NCBI RefSeq assembly: GCF_009914755.1
Contig: NC_060935.1
Direction: 5' to 3' (one strand)
Origin: the human T2T-CHM13v2.0 reference genome, Homo sapiens
Length of the DNA: 64,000 bases
Position numbers and translations under genes: made by a program. Below the pieces are notes generated by a model. It searched no databases, was not told where the DNA came from, and worked only from the letters and a program-made list of their open reading frames with translations. This document shows, one piece after another, positions 11,737 through 24,000 of the stretch (position 1 is the first letter of the stretch; every line of letters starts with the position of its first letter).

Positions 11737-14143
11737 CTTGGAGCGAGGCTGGCGGACTTGGCTCCCATTGGTGAATCCAGTCCTTCCCCCGGCTTTGCCA
11801 ATTTCTCTCGGTTCATTTGCTGTAGGATAGAGTTCAATTCACTAATAACGTTTGCCTTTGGGCCTGAGAGAATCGGGCTTTTGATCTCTGTGACGTCGCC
11901 CCACAACTTGGAGGTCCTTGGCTGGAGAACCTTGGCCATCCCAGGCTGGGCACTGCCCGGCGGGGGCGGGGGAGCGGGCGGGGGGATAACAAAGCTATCT
12001 ACATCTTCTTCCACGAGCGCGTCTTGATAAAGTGCATTGCTTTTGTGAATGATGGGCTTCATTTTTGGCTTAGGAGGTACTGGGGGTTTGTCAACCATAA
12101 ATGCTTGCCCATCTGCATAGACTGTGCAGGTGTCCACATTCTCTCCACCTTCGGAAGACAGGGTGGAGATGCTAGACACGGTGGAGATAGTGCTGGTCGT
12201 CTCGAGGTGGTGGTCGCTGCTACTCCGGCTGTCCACCTCCTCGATCCCAGAGTCGGCGACGGCGTCAAAGCTTTCAGGGGGTGGCAGGAATGAGGCAGGC
12301 AGACAGTTTGAAAGACTGGCTGGCTTCTTGCTGTCTGCAGAGTTGGTTGGTTGGCTGGAGTTCAACGAAGGGGACTGAGGGGTGTCGCTTTTCTTCTGCT
12401 TCACTAAGTCTGAGAGAGCCGGGACAGAAGCTGCCCGGTCATCGGGGATATCAAAACTATTTGCAAATTCCAGGGGAGGAGGCAATGGCTCTGTAAAAAT
12501 AAAATCCTCATCCAAGTCCACGGATGCCAGAGGGGGAGGAGGGATGCGGAATGGCAAAATCACCGCCTCTTCCATGGAGCCCACCGCGACGATGGTTCTG
12601 CCGGGCACGGTGGTGGGCTCGGGGGCAGCGGAGATCTGTAAAGCACCTTCGGTTTCGGAAACACCTTCTGGCACCTCGGACGGCGAGCTGTCTGGCTTCA
12701 TCTCCACCTCTGCCTTCTCGTCCTCTTCCTGCAGGGCGTTGTCCAGCTTAGTGGCGTCCACGGTGTGCACCATCAGCAGGCCAGCCGACTTCTGCTGGGA
12801 CGTGTCCATGATGTCGATCAGCATGTTCTTCTTGTCATCGCCTTTCCGGTCTCGGCCCAGGTCGGTCTCGTACTTGTTCTCCGTCTCCTGCCGCCTCAGG
12901 GGTCCCCGGGTGTTCTGCCTGGTGACCGTAGGGAAGCCGGCATCCAGGCTGGGCCGCATTTTGGTATCAATGTAAAGAGGTTTGTTGAGGTCGGCCTTGG
13001 GGGCCTCCCCTTTGGGTCCCTGTTGAGACTCCTTCATGGCTCGGTCCCTTGCGGAGAGTGCCAGGGCCAGCGGGGAGCTGGGATCAAGCAGCCGCCCTGT
13101 GAGTGGGTGGACATAATTCCCGGGGCCGGCTGTGCCGCTGCTCGCGGAGGGCACTGCTGGGCTGCTCTCGGGCCCCTGGGCTTTGGACGTGGAATTCAGC
13201 GGCCTCCCAGCCTCACCCGGAGCACTGGCCTCGGCGCCACCCACGAAATGGTTTTCGGGCTCCCTGGGCGTGGCACTCGGCATGGGGGATGACAGCTGCT
13301 CAGCGCTGTCCTCGTCAGCAAAATCCCCCTCCTCGGGGAACATGGAGGGCCGCGTCCTGGGGGCGGGTGGCCCCAGGCCCACATCCTCATCCCCCAGGTC
13401 TGTGGAGAGGAAGGCCGGGGAGTTCCTCCTGGCTTCCAGCCGCTTCTCACGGTCGCGGACGGCTCCGGCGATGGCGGCGGCAAAGGGGCTGCTGACGGTC
13501 AGGCTTTCGTCAGGCCGCAGCTGGCTCGGTGGCTCCGGGGCCTGGGGGTCGATCTCCATGCTGCTGCCCTGGCTGCTCTTGCCGCTGCTGCTGGTGGACG
13601 GCTCCTTCACGATGATGGTCGGGATAGGGATGGAGCACGTCTTCTCGGGGCTGTCCTCCACGTTGGACTGCTTCACCAGCATCCCCTTCCGCCTGGCGGG
13701 CTTGGCGGGGACGTAGACGGCTTTGCTGGCGATCTTCCCCACCTCTGAGTATGGGTTTTCTGGCATCTGGCCTCTCTTGTTGCGGAAGTTGGCTTGCGGG
13801 CCGGCATTCCGACTGTAGAGGTCTTCAGAGTCCAAGGAGTAGCGGTCCAGCTCTCTCCTGAAGTACATCCCCTTCTCCCTCATCATGGTGGCCACGGTGT
13901 CGGACCTGGTGGCGGGGGACACCTTGGCGGCAGAATTCTGATTGAACGCAGGCTTAATCGTCCCGTAGACTCTTGGAGTTGGGGACTTGGGGCAGTTGTA
14001 AGTGGTTGGGGAAGGTGGTGGTGGGGACGGGGGCACAGACTGCGGTGGAGGGGGGATGTCCTCAGAGGTGTCCGGCATGGACAGGCTTCTGGTGAACTTC
14101 AGCATTGGAGGAGCCAGAAACTGCCGCTCTTCCTCTGTTATTC
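11737..14143 (-). CDS. SHANK2: SHANK2 giant proline-rich exon, 2407 nt (GITEEERQFLAPPMLKFTRSLSM...AKSASLAPR), phase 1->2
   Basis: 790-aa ORF 11733-14105; ttttctgcttgtag| acceptor at 14144-14145 and CCAAG|gtaagt donor at 11731-11736; sequence recognisable as the Shank2 proline-rich region. Confidence 0.99.
12066..12089 (-). other. SHANK2: Cortactin SH3-binding motif KPPVPPKP within SHANK2
   Basis: Translation AAA CCC CCA GTA CCT CCT AAG CCA; established CortBP1/Shank motif. Confidence 0.85.
12465..12482 (-). other. SHANK2: Homer EVH1-binding PPxxF motif (PPPLEF) within SHANK2
   Basis: Translation CCT CCT CCC CTG GAA TTT; established Shank-Homer ligand. Confidence 0.85.
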
Positions 14144-15750
14144 CTACAAGCAGAAAACAGGTTTAGCTTTAAGTCACAATAGCAACAAAGCCTAAGTTCC
14201 TAGGAACGTGCGATACGCTACATCTCCACAAACTCACAAATTCAGATGATGAACCGGATGTTCAGGAAACACAGCACAAGCCACGATGCCGAGTGGTTAG
14301 TCACATGGCCCGTCGTGAGCCAAAGGACAAGAAAGGGAAGAACAGAAAGGCACTGGGGATGCTGTGAGTACGCTGCTGCTGTGGGGCCTCCAGGCACAGG
14401 CTGCAGCAGGGGAGCTGTGTGAGGCCAGGGCAGGAGGGCCCCTGACGCTGAGCCGTGTGCCAGTCTGCAGGCCAAGTGGGCAGCTCGCCTTGGGGCTGCT
14501 TGTGCGTGTGTGTGTGCGCTTACGTGTGCTTGTGCTGGCATTGTGGCATTGTGCTTGGGGCGGGGTTGGCTAGACCAGGAGGTATCCTTCCACCATGCCC
14601 CTTCAGGCATGGTAAGGGCTCCTGGGGGTGTTTTTAGGGCAGGGGTCTAAGGCTGTCACCTGTGCATCTGAAATGAGAGCAAAGGGTTGCAGGTATTGCT
14701 GTGTTTATGTGGCAAGGATGGTGTGCAGTCCACCGTCCAGATGGCACTTGAGCCCCACGGCTGCCCAGATGTACAGGGAGGCCTCTGCCACCCTGAGCGA
14801 AGCCATCTGCCTACGGTTGGCTCTGTGCGTGCTGGGAGGAGGTGCTTTTCTTCCAGGGTCATGTGAATCCTTTCATTGCCTGACTTCACTGGGCCCCACT
14901 AAGGGTTCTATGTGTCCTCGAGCTCTCTGGACCTTCAGAGAGATGGATGGCTGGGGAATTGCAGCTCAGAGGAGGGGCCATGTGGGCTCTAGAGCCTGCC
15001 CCTGAGGGGAGGGAGCCCAGGTTCCTTTAAAGTCCTGGACTGAGCCAGGAATAGGATCCTGAGCCAGGCCTCAGTGAGCCCCTTCTGGGTCCCAGCGGCA
15101 GCCCTGAAAGTGGTCCTGCCAAGACCCTTTGGAGCAGGGGCTGAGAGCCCAGTGGACCACCATAATCGCAACTAACCAGGGTCCAAGTGTGGCTGACCTG
15201 GCACAAAGTATGAGTTGACCTAATGAAAATATGTGGATGTTGAATGTGTGGGGATGCAGCTGAGGTCCTACGACAGCCAGCAGGGTGGCCTGAGGGTTCT
15301 CTGGGTGTGTTGCCTAGGTGTGACTTTACAGACTGTTCAACAGCTGAAGACACAGACACGTCAACAGGAGCACTTGGAGAAGGGAAGCGAGACACGCACA
15401 CACACCGACAGACGCGTGGCACAGGGATTTCATGTTGGGAGCATGCAGGTTTTCAAAGAGGTAGCAAAATAAATTACTTGAAATGAAAAAAAGTCCTAGG
15501 ACAAACTACAATAATTTATTCCAATGAAAACTTCCATTCGATAAGGGTATTCCAAATTTAACATACTCCTTGTGGGAGGACATTTTGGCATTGCAAAGAT
15601 GGCTCGTTCAAAGTGTTCTCCATTGACCAGTCACTCTGAGTTGGCTGTCTGGCAATTCTGTTCCCAAGGAGTACTAATTTAAGAATACACCTTATAAAGT
15701 AAACTGGGTTACATTCAGATTACAGATTCCAAACCGTAAGGTTCACTAAC

Positions 15751-15771
15751 CTGATAGAAAGATTCTGCTGT
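15751..15771 (-). CDS. SHANK2: SHANK2 21-nt microexon ACAGCAGAATCTTTCTATCAG (D-S-R-I-F-L-S), phase 1->1
   Basis: tttcctcctgtcag| acceptor, CAG|gttagt donor; gives RQKSI-DSRIFLS-GITEEERQF. Confidence 0.9.
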
Positions 15772-16699
15772 CTGACAGGAGGAAATCAGTTGTTATTAAC
15801 CAGTAACCGCAAGACAAATACGCAGCTTTCCCTGAGTTTGCTGGTGCAGGGGGAGCTTTAAGCACAGCAGACACCACCTCCACGGCCACTTACTGCCTAG
15901 TGACTGCCTACAGTTATCCACCTGAGACTCACAAGCACGCTGCGCTTTTGCACAGCAGCCCAGAGGCATTTCCAGAACACACAGGACAGTGCCCCTGGGG
16001 TGGGCTGGGCAGACCAGAGTCCCAGGGTTGCCTCCACAACTCTCACAGGGCAAGGGCCTTAGCTTCTACCAGAATTGACACAGTAAAGGCAATGCTGAAT
16101 TATCTCACAAAGGGACTGTCTCAAAGGGTCAAGTGTGACCTTGTCTCAAGGTCAAGTGTACCTTTGCCTGCAACAGGGTCAATAGGAATAATTGTGACAT
16201 TAAGAAGAAAGGAAGGCAGTTTTCTGCAACACACAGTACATTATTTCATTTCGAGACCCTGACCCAACCACCCTTGGAAGTACATCTGCTGAGCTCATAC
16301 TCCAGGCCTGGTGGTGGCTGGGGAATGCAGGGAACCCACTTACCCTTCCCACCCTGAGCAGGGCAGGGTGGGGGAGGGGGGTTGGCTCGCACCACCCCGC
16401 CCACCCTCCCGCTTTACCCTGCTGGAATTATCACAGATAACTGGGCTTCAAGATGACAGAAGCCACCCTAGATTTTGTGTCCTTCAGGGGGGATGAGTTT
16501 CATGCCACTCAGATGTTCCAATGGCTCCCTAGTGGGCAAGGCCAGGTTCCCACCCTCTGGTGGGTGGGCTGGCAGGGCCTTGCTGGGGTGGGACGCCAAG
16601 GCAACTGTGAGAGGCCCAGGGCTCAGAATTCCTGAGGGGCCTAAGGCTGTGTTTGAAAGCCCAGGGGCAACTTCTGTGGGGGAGTGCCACACTTCTTAC

Positions 16700-16811
16700 C
16701 TATTGATTTCTGCCTTCGCATCGTACCTCGAGGGATGCCCAGAAACGGGGCTTTTGGGCTCCCAGGAACAGTGGGCGTCATCACGGCGATTCCTTGGCGT
16801 TCGTACACAGA
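16700..16811 (-). CDS. SHANK2: SHANK2 coding exon, 112 nt (SVYERQGIAVMTPTVPGSPKAPFLGIPRGTMRRQKSI), phase 0->1
   Basis: ctctctggtttgcag| acceptor, ATAG|gtaaga donor; conserved Shank RQKSI motif. Confidence 0.96.
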
Positions 16812-18758
16812 CTGCAAACCAGAGAGCCTAGGGTGAGACGCAGCCCTGGCCAGCCCCCACCCACGGTCACAGGGCCCAGAGACCACAAGGGAACTTCCGT
16901 CACTGTGGCTTCCCCAAGCTGCTTCTGGAGCCACCTAAAGTCTCCAGTGGGGCTGATGAGAACCACAGCATTGAGGACCCAGGAAGGTCCCTCTCTAGGT
17001 GCCTTTCCTATTCGCTGCAGCTGCTATTGGCCTTTGGCCCTGTTAGGATGGCAGCATGCCCTGTTCCATGGAGATGTGGTCTGCTGCAACACCATTTGCC
17101 AGAGCAGCTGGACAGATACGTCTCTCTGAGAGGGGGGCCAGGCTGGATGTCCTGTGGGAAAGGGCACAGAGTGGTGGGCAGTGGGGTCTGGCCTGGGTCC
17201 ATACCCCACTCCCCATGTGCCATGTGACCATCAAGTCCTTACATAGGAGCCACCATCTCCTCTTTCATAAAATGGGCTCCTGACACCAGCCCCACAGTGT
17301 GTGCAAAGGCCAACCAGGTATTGTGGTGGTGTGTGGGTGAGCATGATGTGCCAGCTAGCTTAAGCAAGCCCTGGAGCTGCTCAGGGGCACAGCCTGGAGT
17401 CTGCAGCAGTGAGCTGTCCCCAGCTTCCTCCCTCTTCAGCCTGTCCCAGGAGGAGCCTAGAGCTCCCCTCCTCCCCTCCACCTTGGAAGCAGAGTCCTGG
17501 TGCTGCCAACTCTTTCGCTTCCCCAGGCTGTTGTTTTGTCTGCAAAACTGAGATGGCTCAGGGCCCCAAACCTGTAGTGTTGAAGGCCAACCCGGGAAAA
17601 TATCAGATGCGGACGCTCAATGGAAATATTCGTGTGCAAGCTTTTATTGCTCCAGCTTTGAGATGCAGTTTCCATGTGTCCACAGCCTCTGTTTGTCTCA
17701 CTCTATGGCCCTGAGGCTGAGGAGCAAAGTGGGACCCTTTGGGAGATCAAGGGCACCTTGTCTCAGACACCCCCCCAACTTGGTGGGGCATGTGGGTGCC
17801 ACGAAGGACTGGGAACAAAGTGGGAGGCAAGGACCGGCAGGCAGGGCCTGGAGGGGAAGTCCCCTTGTGGAGTTCAGAGGTGATGGGAGGAGGTGTGAGG
17901 GCAGATATTGTAACTGTAATTATTAACAGTTGTTTAATGCACATTACAGAAAAGCCTTGTGGTAAATTTATAATATTTATAGGTGTTATTGTTCAAGAAA
18001 AGGCTAGACATAGGCAGTTTGATACTGGTTCAAAGAGAATACTAAGGTAAGCAATCAGGACAGGTAGGCAGTGCTAGAATCTGACATCAGGTTCAGATGG
18101 CTGCCTCTGCACAATGGAGAAGCAATCCAAGGGTCCAGGAGGCCACGCCTTGTTCAGGACGTGCCTGGGGGAATCAGCAGCCTCTGCCCCAGGCCCTTTT
18201 CCAGCTGTGTGCCCTCCTGACTGCCTAGGGAAGGTGACCATGGCACGGGCAGCCTGCTCTGAGCCAGGCACCCACTGCGCCCAGCAGCCACTGAAGCCCT
18301 TCATGGCACTTCTGGCTCCGAGGACAAGTGTTGCCCAGGATCTCGGAGAGTGTGGGGGACTGCCACATGGGATGTGGGACAGACGGCCTCTTCCACACCG
18401 GAGCATTTCTGTGCTCTGGGTGGACCAGGAGGCAAGAGCCCCTCTGTCTGAAGAGTGTGTCAAGGCCCCTTACTTCCATGTGCTCACGGGTCCTCAGCCA
18501 AGTATGACAGGACACCTTCGAGGCTCAGGGCACTGAGTGAGCGGTAAGGGCAGGGCTTGGATGCAGCCTGCTCTGTCCCACCACTGTGAGTCTGCACAGA
18601 CCTGGCTCTTTGTCCTGTGGCCACTTAGATTTGGGCCCCACCTCTGGACAGCACGAACCAGACATGAAAGCGTGTGCACCTCAGCTACTGAGACAGCCCA
18701 CCCACTTCCTGGGCACCGTCGGCCCCCGCCCTCGTGGTCCCAAGGTACGGCCACTCAC

Positions 18759-18889
18759 GTTCATGTCTGAGCCCGCCGGGAAGCACCGGCTGCTGGGCCG
18801 CTGCTTGATGGTCGCCACCCTCGGTTCCACAGCCATGTTCTCAGCAGCGCGGGAGGGCTTGGAGGCCGGGACTATCTCCTCGGGTTTAT
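18759..18889 (-). CDS. SHANK2: SHANK2 coding exon, 131 nt (DKPEEIVPASKPSRAAENMAVEPRVATIKQRPSSRCFPAGSDMN), phase 1->0
   Basis: ttctattgcag| acceptor, AAC|gtgagt donor; frame continuous with neighbours. Confidence 0.96.
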
Positions 18890-19171
18890 CTGCAATAGAA
18901 CCGTGAGGATTGGAGCAGCAACACCAGTGGGGGAAGCTGGGTGTAGATAGGAAAGCGCACAGGTGCAGCAGCCACTCCAACATCCAAAACTGTGCAGGGG
19001 GCATTTGTTGCTGCTGTGAGGAGCATGCGTGTGCCTCTGCCACATGCATTCCCACTGGGGCATGGGCTCCTTCCCAGGACCTTGCCCTCGGAGGCATGCA
19101 CGAGGCATGGACATAGAAGACCCTCCACAGCTCGGCCACCTTCTTAAGTGCCCAGCCCCCAAGGGCTCTGA

Positions 19172-19537
<366 letters not shown>

Positions 19538-20736
19538 TAATGGGATTTATTCTTGTGAGGGTTAACTAAACTGACTTTTTGAAGTTTTTTTTTTTGTTTG
19601 TTTTTGTTTTTTTTTTTGAAGAGACTCAGACATATGGTTCCTTTGTAACTGTGATTGCCAAGACATGAGGATCTGCCACCCAAGGCAGCGTGGGTGTTTC
19701 AGAGGCCAGGGTGCTCGTGGCCCCAGGCGTTAGTAAGTGTTGCAGAGGGAAGGTCTCTGTTTATTTTCCCCAATGCAGAACCTTCCCATTTCCTTTAAAA
19801 AAAAAAAAAAAAAAGAAAACCAAAGTTTAGTTATAAGGGATCCTTAGCAATTAACAAAAGTTTTTTAAAGAGGACATTTGCAGCACATTTTTTTTTTTTT
19901 TTTTACTTGAAAACTGAAGCACATCCCAGAGCTCTCCTGACGCCTTAGCTTCATCTCAGGGTGTTTGGGATCAGGCATAAGGGTGTGTCTAAGGCTGTTT
20001 AAATGCAAGGGCCCTGTGCCACTGAGACCTGGAGAGCTGGTCTTCCAGTCGCGATGTGCATTCTGGAAAAGGTGACCCCAGCTGTACTTCTAAGATGTCA
20101 CTGGGTTGGGACAAAGCCAGTGTGGTATCTGGTGGGTGTACCCCATTCTGAGCCTTTGAGACAGCACTGGCCTTACTCCCTGGGGAGAAGCAGGCCATCT
20201 GGAACATTCTGCCTTCTGGCCACCCTAAGCCCACTCTTGGGGTCTGGTGGCTCCCATGAAGTGTATGCTAGGGCCTTGCCCAGACTTTGAGCCATGAGGC
20301 TATTGTGCAAGTTAGAGCTGAGCAGAGTGCAGGGAGGAAGGCCCCCATCTCCAAATTGTTCTTCAAGCTGAGGCGGAAGTTACCTGTCATGGCAGCTTCT
20401 CACGGGGAGCTGACCCACGGGCAAAGCTCCCAGAGCCACGGCACGGATCAGGGTTGTCCAACACAAAGGCATCAGGCTCCTGACAAAGGCAGCCCAGACC
20501 AGAGGTCCCCACAAGAGGAAGTTTGGGGAGAGGAAATGGGGGTGTGCTGGGGACACTGAGCCAGGCGCCCTGTGATGGCCCCTCAACCTTGCAGAGCAGC
20601 TGAGACGTACACAACTCTGACACCTATGGACACTCTCACAGTAGAGTCTGCATGAGGGGCCTGGTTCCAGGCCTGTGTTCCAGACCCTTGGGCCAGTCCT
20701 GCCCCCACCGGGCCAGAACCTCAGGGCAGTCTATAC

Positions 20737-21015
20737 TTTTTTTTCTTTTCTTTAAGATGGACTCTCACTGTCACCTGGGCTGCTTGGCTCACTGCAACCT
20801 CCACCTCCTGGGTTCAAGCAATTCTCGTGCCTCAGCCTCCTGAGTAGCTGGGATTACAGGCGAGCACCACCATGCCCGGCTAATTTTTGTATTTTTAGTA
20901 GAGACGGGGTTTCACCATGTTGGCCAGGCTGGTCTCAGACTCCTGACCTCAAGTGATGTGCCCGCCTTGGCCTCCCAAAGTGCTGGGATTACAGGTGTGA
21001 GCCACCACACCCAGC
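20737..21015 (-). mobile_element. Alu (AluS-like)
   Basis: ctcactgcaacctccacctcctgggttcaagc...gggattacaggtgtgagccacc. Confidence 0.93.
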
Positions 21016-24000
21016 CATACACTTTTAGTCTTCAAACAAGGATGGGGAAGAAAAGGCAGGAGAATGTGCAGCAGAGGCCATATGGCTGTCACGCCCAGCA
21101 CACTTACCATGGGGCCCTTCAGGGAGGTGTTTGCCGACCCCTGGCCTGGACCACGTTTCCAGTTGTCAGCAAAATGCCAAGTGTTCACGCAAAGCAAGAA
21201 AGCCCTTGCCCCATAGTGTCCGGGCAGCCAAATCTCCCCCCACAGCACTCTCTCCCTTCATGACCAAGTCCAGCTGACCAGGCCTGCAGGCTCACTGGGC
21301 CCCAATTCTGCGTCCCTGCTCACGCATTCTCTCCTGTTATTCCTGGACCCACAAGCCCTGCTGGCTCTTCGATGAGCCTGATGCCTCCTTGGGGGCCTTG
21401 TCATTCCCCCAGTGGATGCTAAGCATCTGCTTCTCAGGGAACTGGTCAGGCACGGTAGGAAACACCCGATTCTCATCTCACTTGGCAGTGGGGACATCCT
21501 GGCTGTGACCTGTGACCCCAGTCCAGAGCCGTGCTGTCCTCACCTGCGTTCAAGGCCCTCATCCCAGCTCCTCCGGCTGCAGCAGGTGCTGCATGGCTGC
21601 CTCATCTCACATTCCCTTTGCTGGGGTCCCTGTCAACCTCCCTGGGCTGCACGGGCTGGGTCCACCTGCCATGGTCCCAGCAATTTGCTTCCTCCAAGGA
21701 GCCTTTCCCCTCCCAGGGCTGGGCTGGGACTCCTTGGATGGCTGGGGTCGAATTGGTTTCTGTGCCGGCCTCTCTTCCCTGGCCTCGCCGATCAGCTGGG
21801 CTTCTCCCCCTTGACTTGGGACCAGGTGATGCTTGGGTGATCTCCTCTGGCCGGCTGTGATGTGCAACTCCAGCTTGGTCTATCCCTGGAAATGGGGGCG
21901 CTAGGCAGTGGCTGTTCTTTGCCTCAAGTGAGATGTGGCCGCTGGTGGCCCCCAGAGTATTTTTCTCCAATGAAACGGGGGTTGAGATGTGTCTCCTGCA
22001 CCAGGGAGTTATGTCCCATAGCTGTGGTGAGCCAGGGCACTGCGGGGTGGGGATACCCTGGGACCTGCTTCCTGACAGTGCTGGCCCGGGCCCCTCCTCT
22101 GACCCCAGTGGAGCGTGAGGCCTGAGCGGGGTGCAGCAGCATGTACCTCCATGAACATGACCCAGAAGGGATGCCACCAAGTTAGGGGAAGAGCAGCTGG
22201 AGCCCAACAAAACATCCCACGGGGGCATTCCAGGTGGCGAGCTCTGGGGGCAGCCGCAGAATCCAGCCCACCTGATACTGTACACAGGTGCAGACAGGGA
22301 AGGGTGCCTTCCTGGCTGCCACCTGCCTGTGCTCAGACCTGCACCTGTGGAGATGCAGGAAGGCCCATCCGAGCCAGAAACGCCTGGGCATCCCTCCAGG
22401 CCTGACTTCCAGGCTATGGTAAGCTCAGAGGCTAAGGTGGCAGCTGGGGCTGAATAGCGGAGGTGAGGGAAAGTCATCGGCGTTGAACATTGACAGGTGT
22501 CAGACCCAGAAGATGCAGGACGGCCGAGGCCCTGCAGGGGAAGGCCTGGGCGCAGGTGGGTGTGGGAAGGCTGTGGCCAGGCTCTGCTGTGCTGTTGGCC
22601 ATGTCTGGGCACATCAAGGAAGGTGGGACTCTAGGGCATAACAGCTTTCCTGGGATTACAATTTAAATGAGCCAAATCTTCAAGAAGCTCCCGTTTCCAA
22701 CTGGGCCCTTCCAGAAGCCATGTGTCTGTTTTTTATGTATTAACAAACCCCACAGCTGATGAGGCTGATTCATTTCCATCCACTGCACACTGAGGGTCTG
22801 CTGCCCGGCCTCCCTGGGGCACCGCCTCGACTTCTCACATTCCCAAAATGAACAGGCTGCAGGCTGCGATTTTAGGACCTCAGGGCCTGCGGCAGGCATC
22901 TTGTTAAATACACCTCATGTAACTGTGTGCCCAGGGTGAAGGAAAGGTGTCCTGGTCAATAATGACAGCCGTCCCTGAATCTGGTGGAAGTTCTGGGCCG
23001 ATCATCCTGTTTCTCATCCTAATGAGAAGCTGGCTGTAGTAAAGGGATTGTTCCCATGTCGAAGGGAAAACATTTCAGGTCTGAGATGCGTAAGGCCATA
23101 TGGGGGCAAACCATGGGACCAGGCGGGAGCTGGGGCTGGCGCTGGGGTCCCCCAAGCCTTGTGCCTGCCATGTGATGGGCTGCCCAGCCCTGGGCCCTGG
23201 TGGGCAACGGCTGCAGAAAGTTTGTTTGGAAATGGTTGGGGTCACCATTGGCATGGTTTGCCTCGTCCAGGAGAACCACGAGGCGGGGGTGGGGGCACCC
23301 TACCCATCATCACAGTCGCCACATCAGAGGGTGGGGCTGGTCATGTCATTGAAGGTGCATCCCTGAAACTGTGGCCACCTTGCCTGTGGACATCTGGTCT
23401 CTGTTTTAAACCTTTCCCTTCCTAATAACCCCAAAACAAATGTTCTTTTGAACTAGAGCATGTGAGAGCAGCCGGGCGTGTTGGGGTGGTAGGGTCAGGG
23501 GCTAGCATTCGTTTTTAAGTTAGAGTTAGTGTAATTCAAATGAAAAAGGAAAACCCTGCATTGGCTCCCCACAGGGGTGTGGGTCCCTCCTGGCCCTTGT
23601 CTCTTGGGGACGTGGCCAGTGGGATCATGCTGGCCTGACTTGCTCAGTCCTTATCTTGGAGATCTTGTTTACCAGGATATGGAGACTTTTCAGAAAAGCC
23701 ACAGGACTGAGATTCCTGCTTCTCATTCTAGGCTCCTAAGGATTATGCTTAATTTATAAAAGCTCAGAACTAGGTCTTTATTCAGGGACTCTGGATGAAG
23801 GGGATTAGTGAATCTGGCCCCTGGCAGTCTTAGAATGAATTGTTCGGTGACAGAAAACAAACAAGCCTCAGACAGATTTGAAACTGTCAAATCCCAAAAC
23901 ACTCCAGTGAGGAGCTGATGAAGATGCCCCAGCAGTCACCCGCATTTCAGCCCTCTGAGCAAACGTGTGTTCTCTCTACTAGATACGTGATGCTGACCAG

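Noticed and set aside
11524-14195. Long + strand ORFs (167, 197, 175, 194, 133 aa) overlapping the giant exon
   Set aside because: Antisense shadows of a GC-rich coding exon; no independent domain or splice signals
21102-21145. Consensus donor ATG|GTAAGT on the sense strand
   Set aside because: No convincing pyrimidine-backed acceptor nearby
21602-22612. 336-aa minus-strand ORF
   Set aside because: Low-complexity P/S/G/C composition from GC-rich intron, no recognisable domain or fitting exon boundaries
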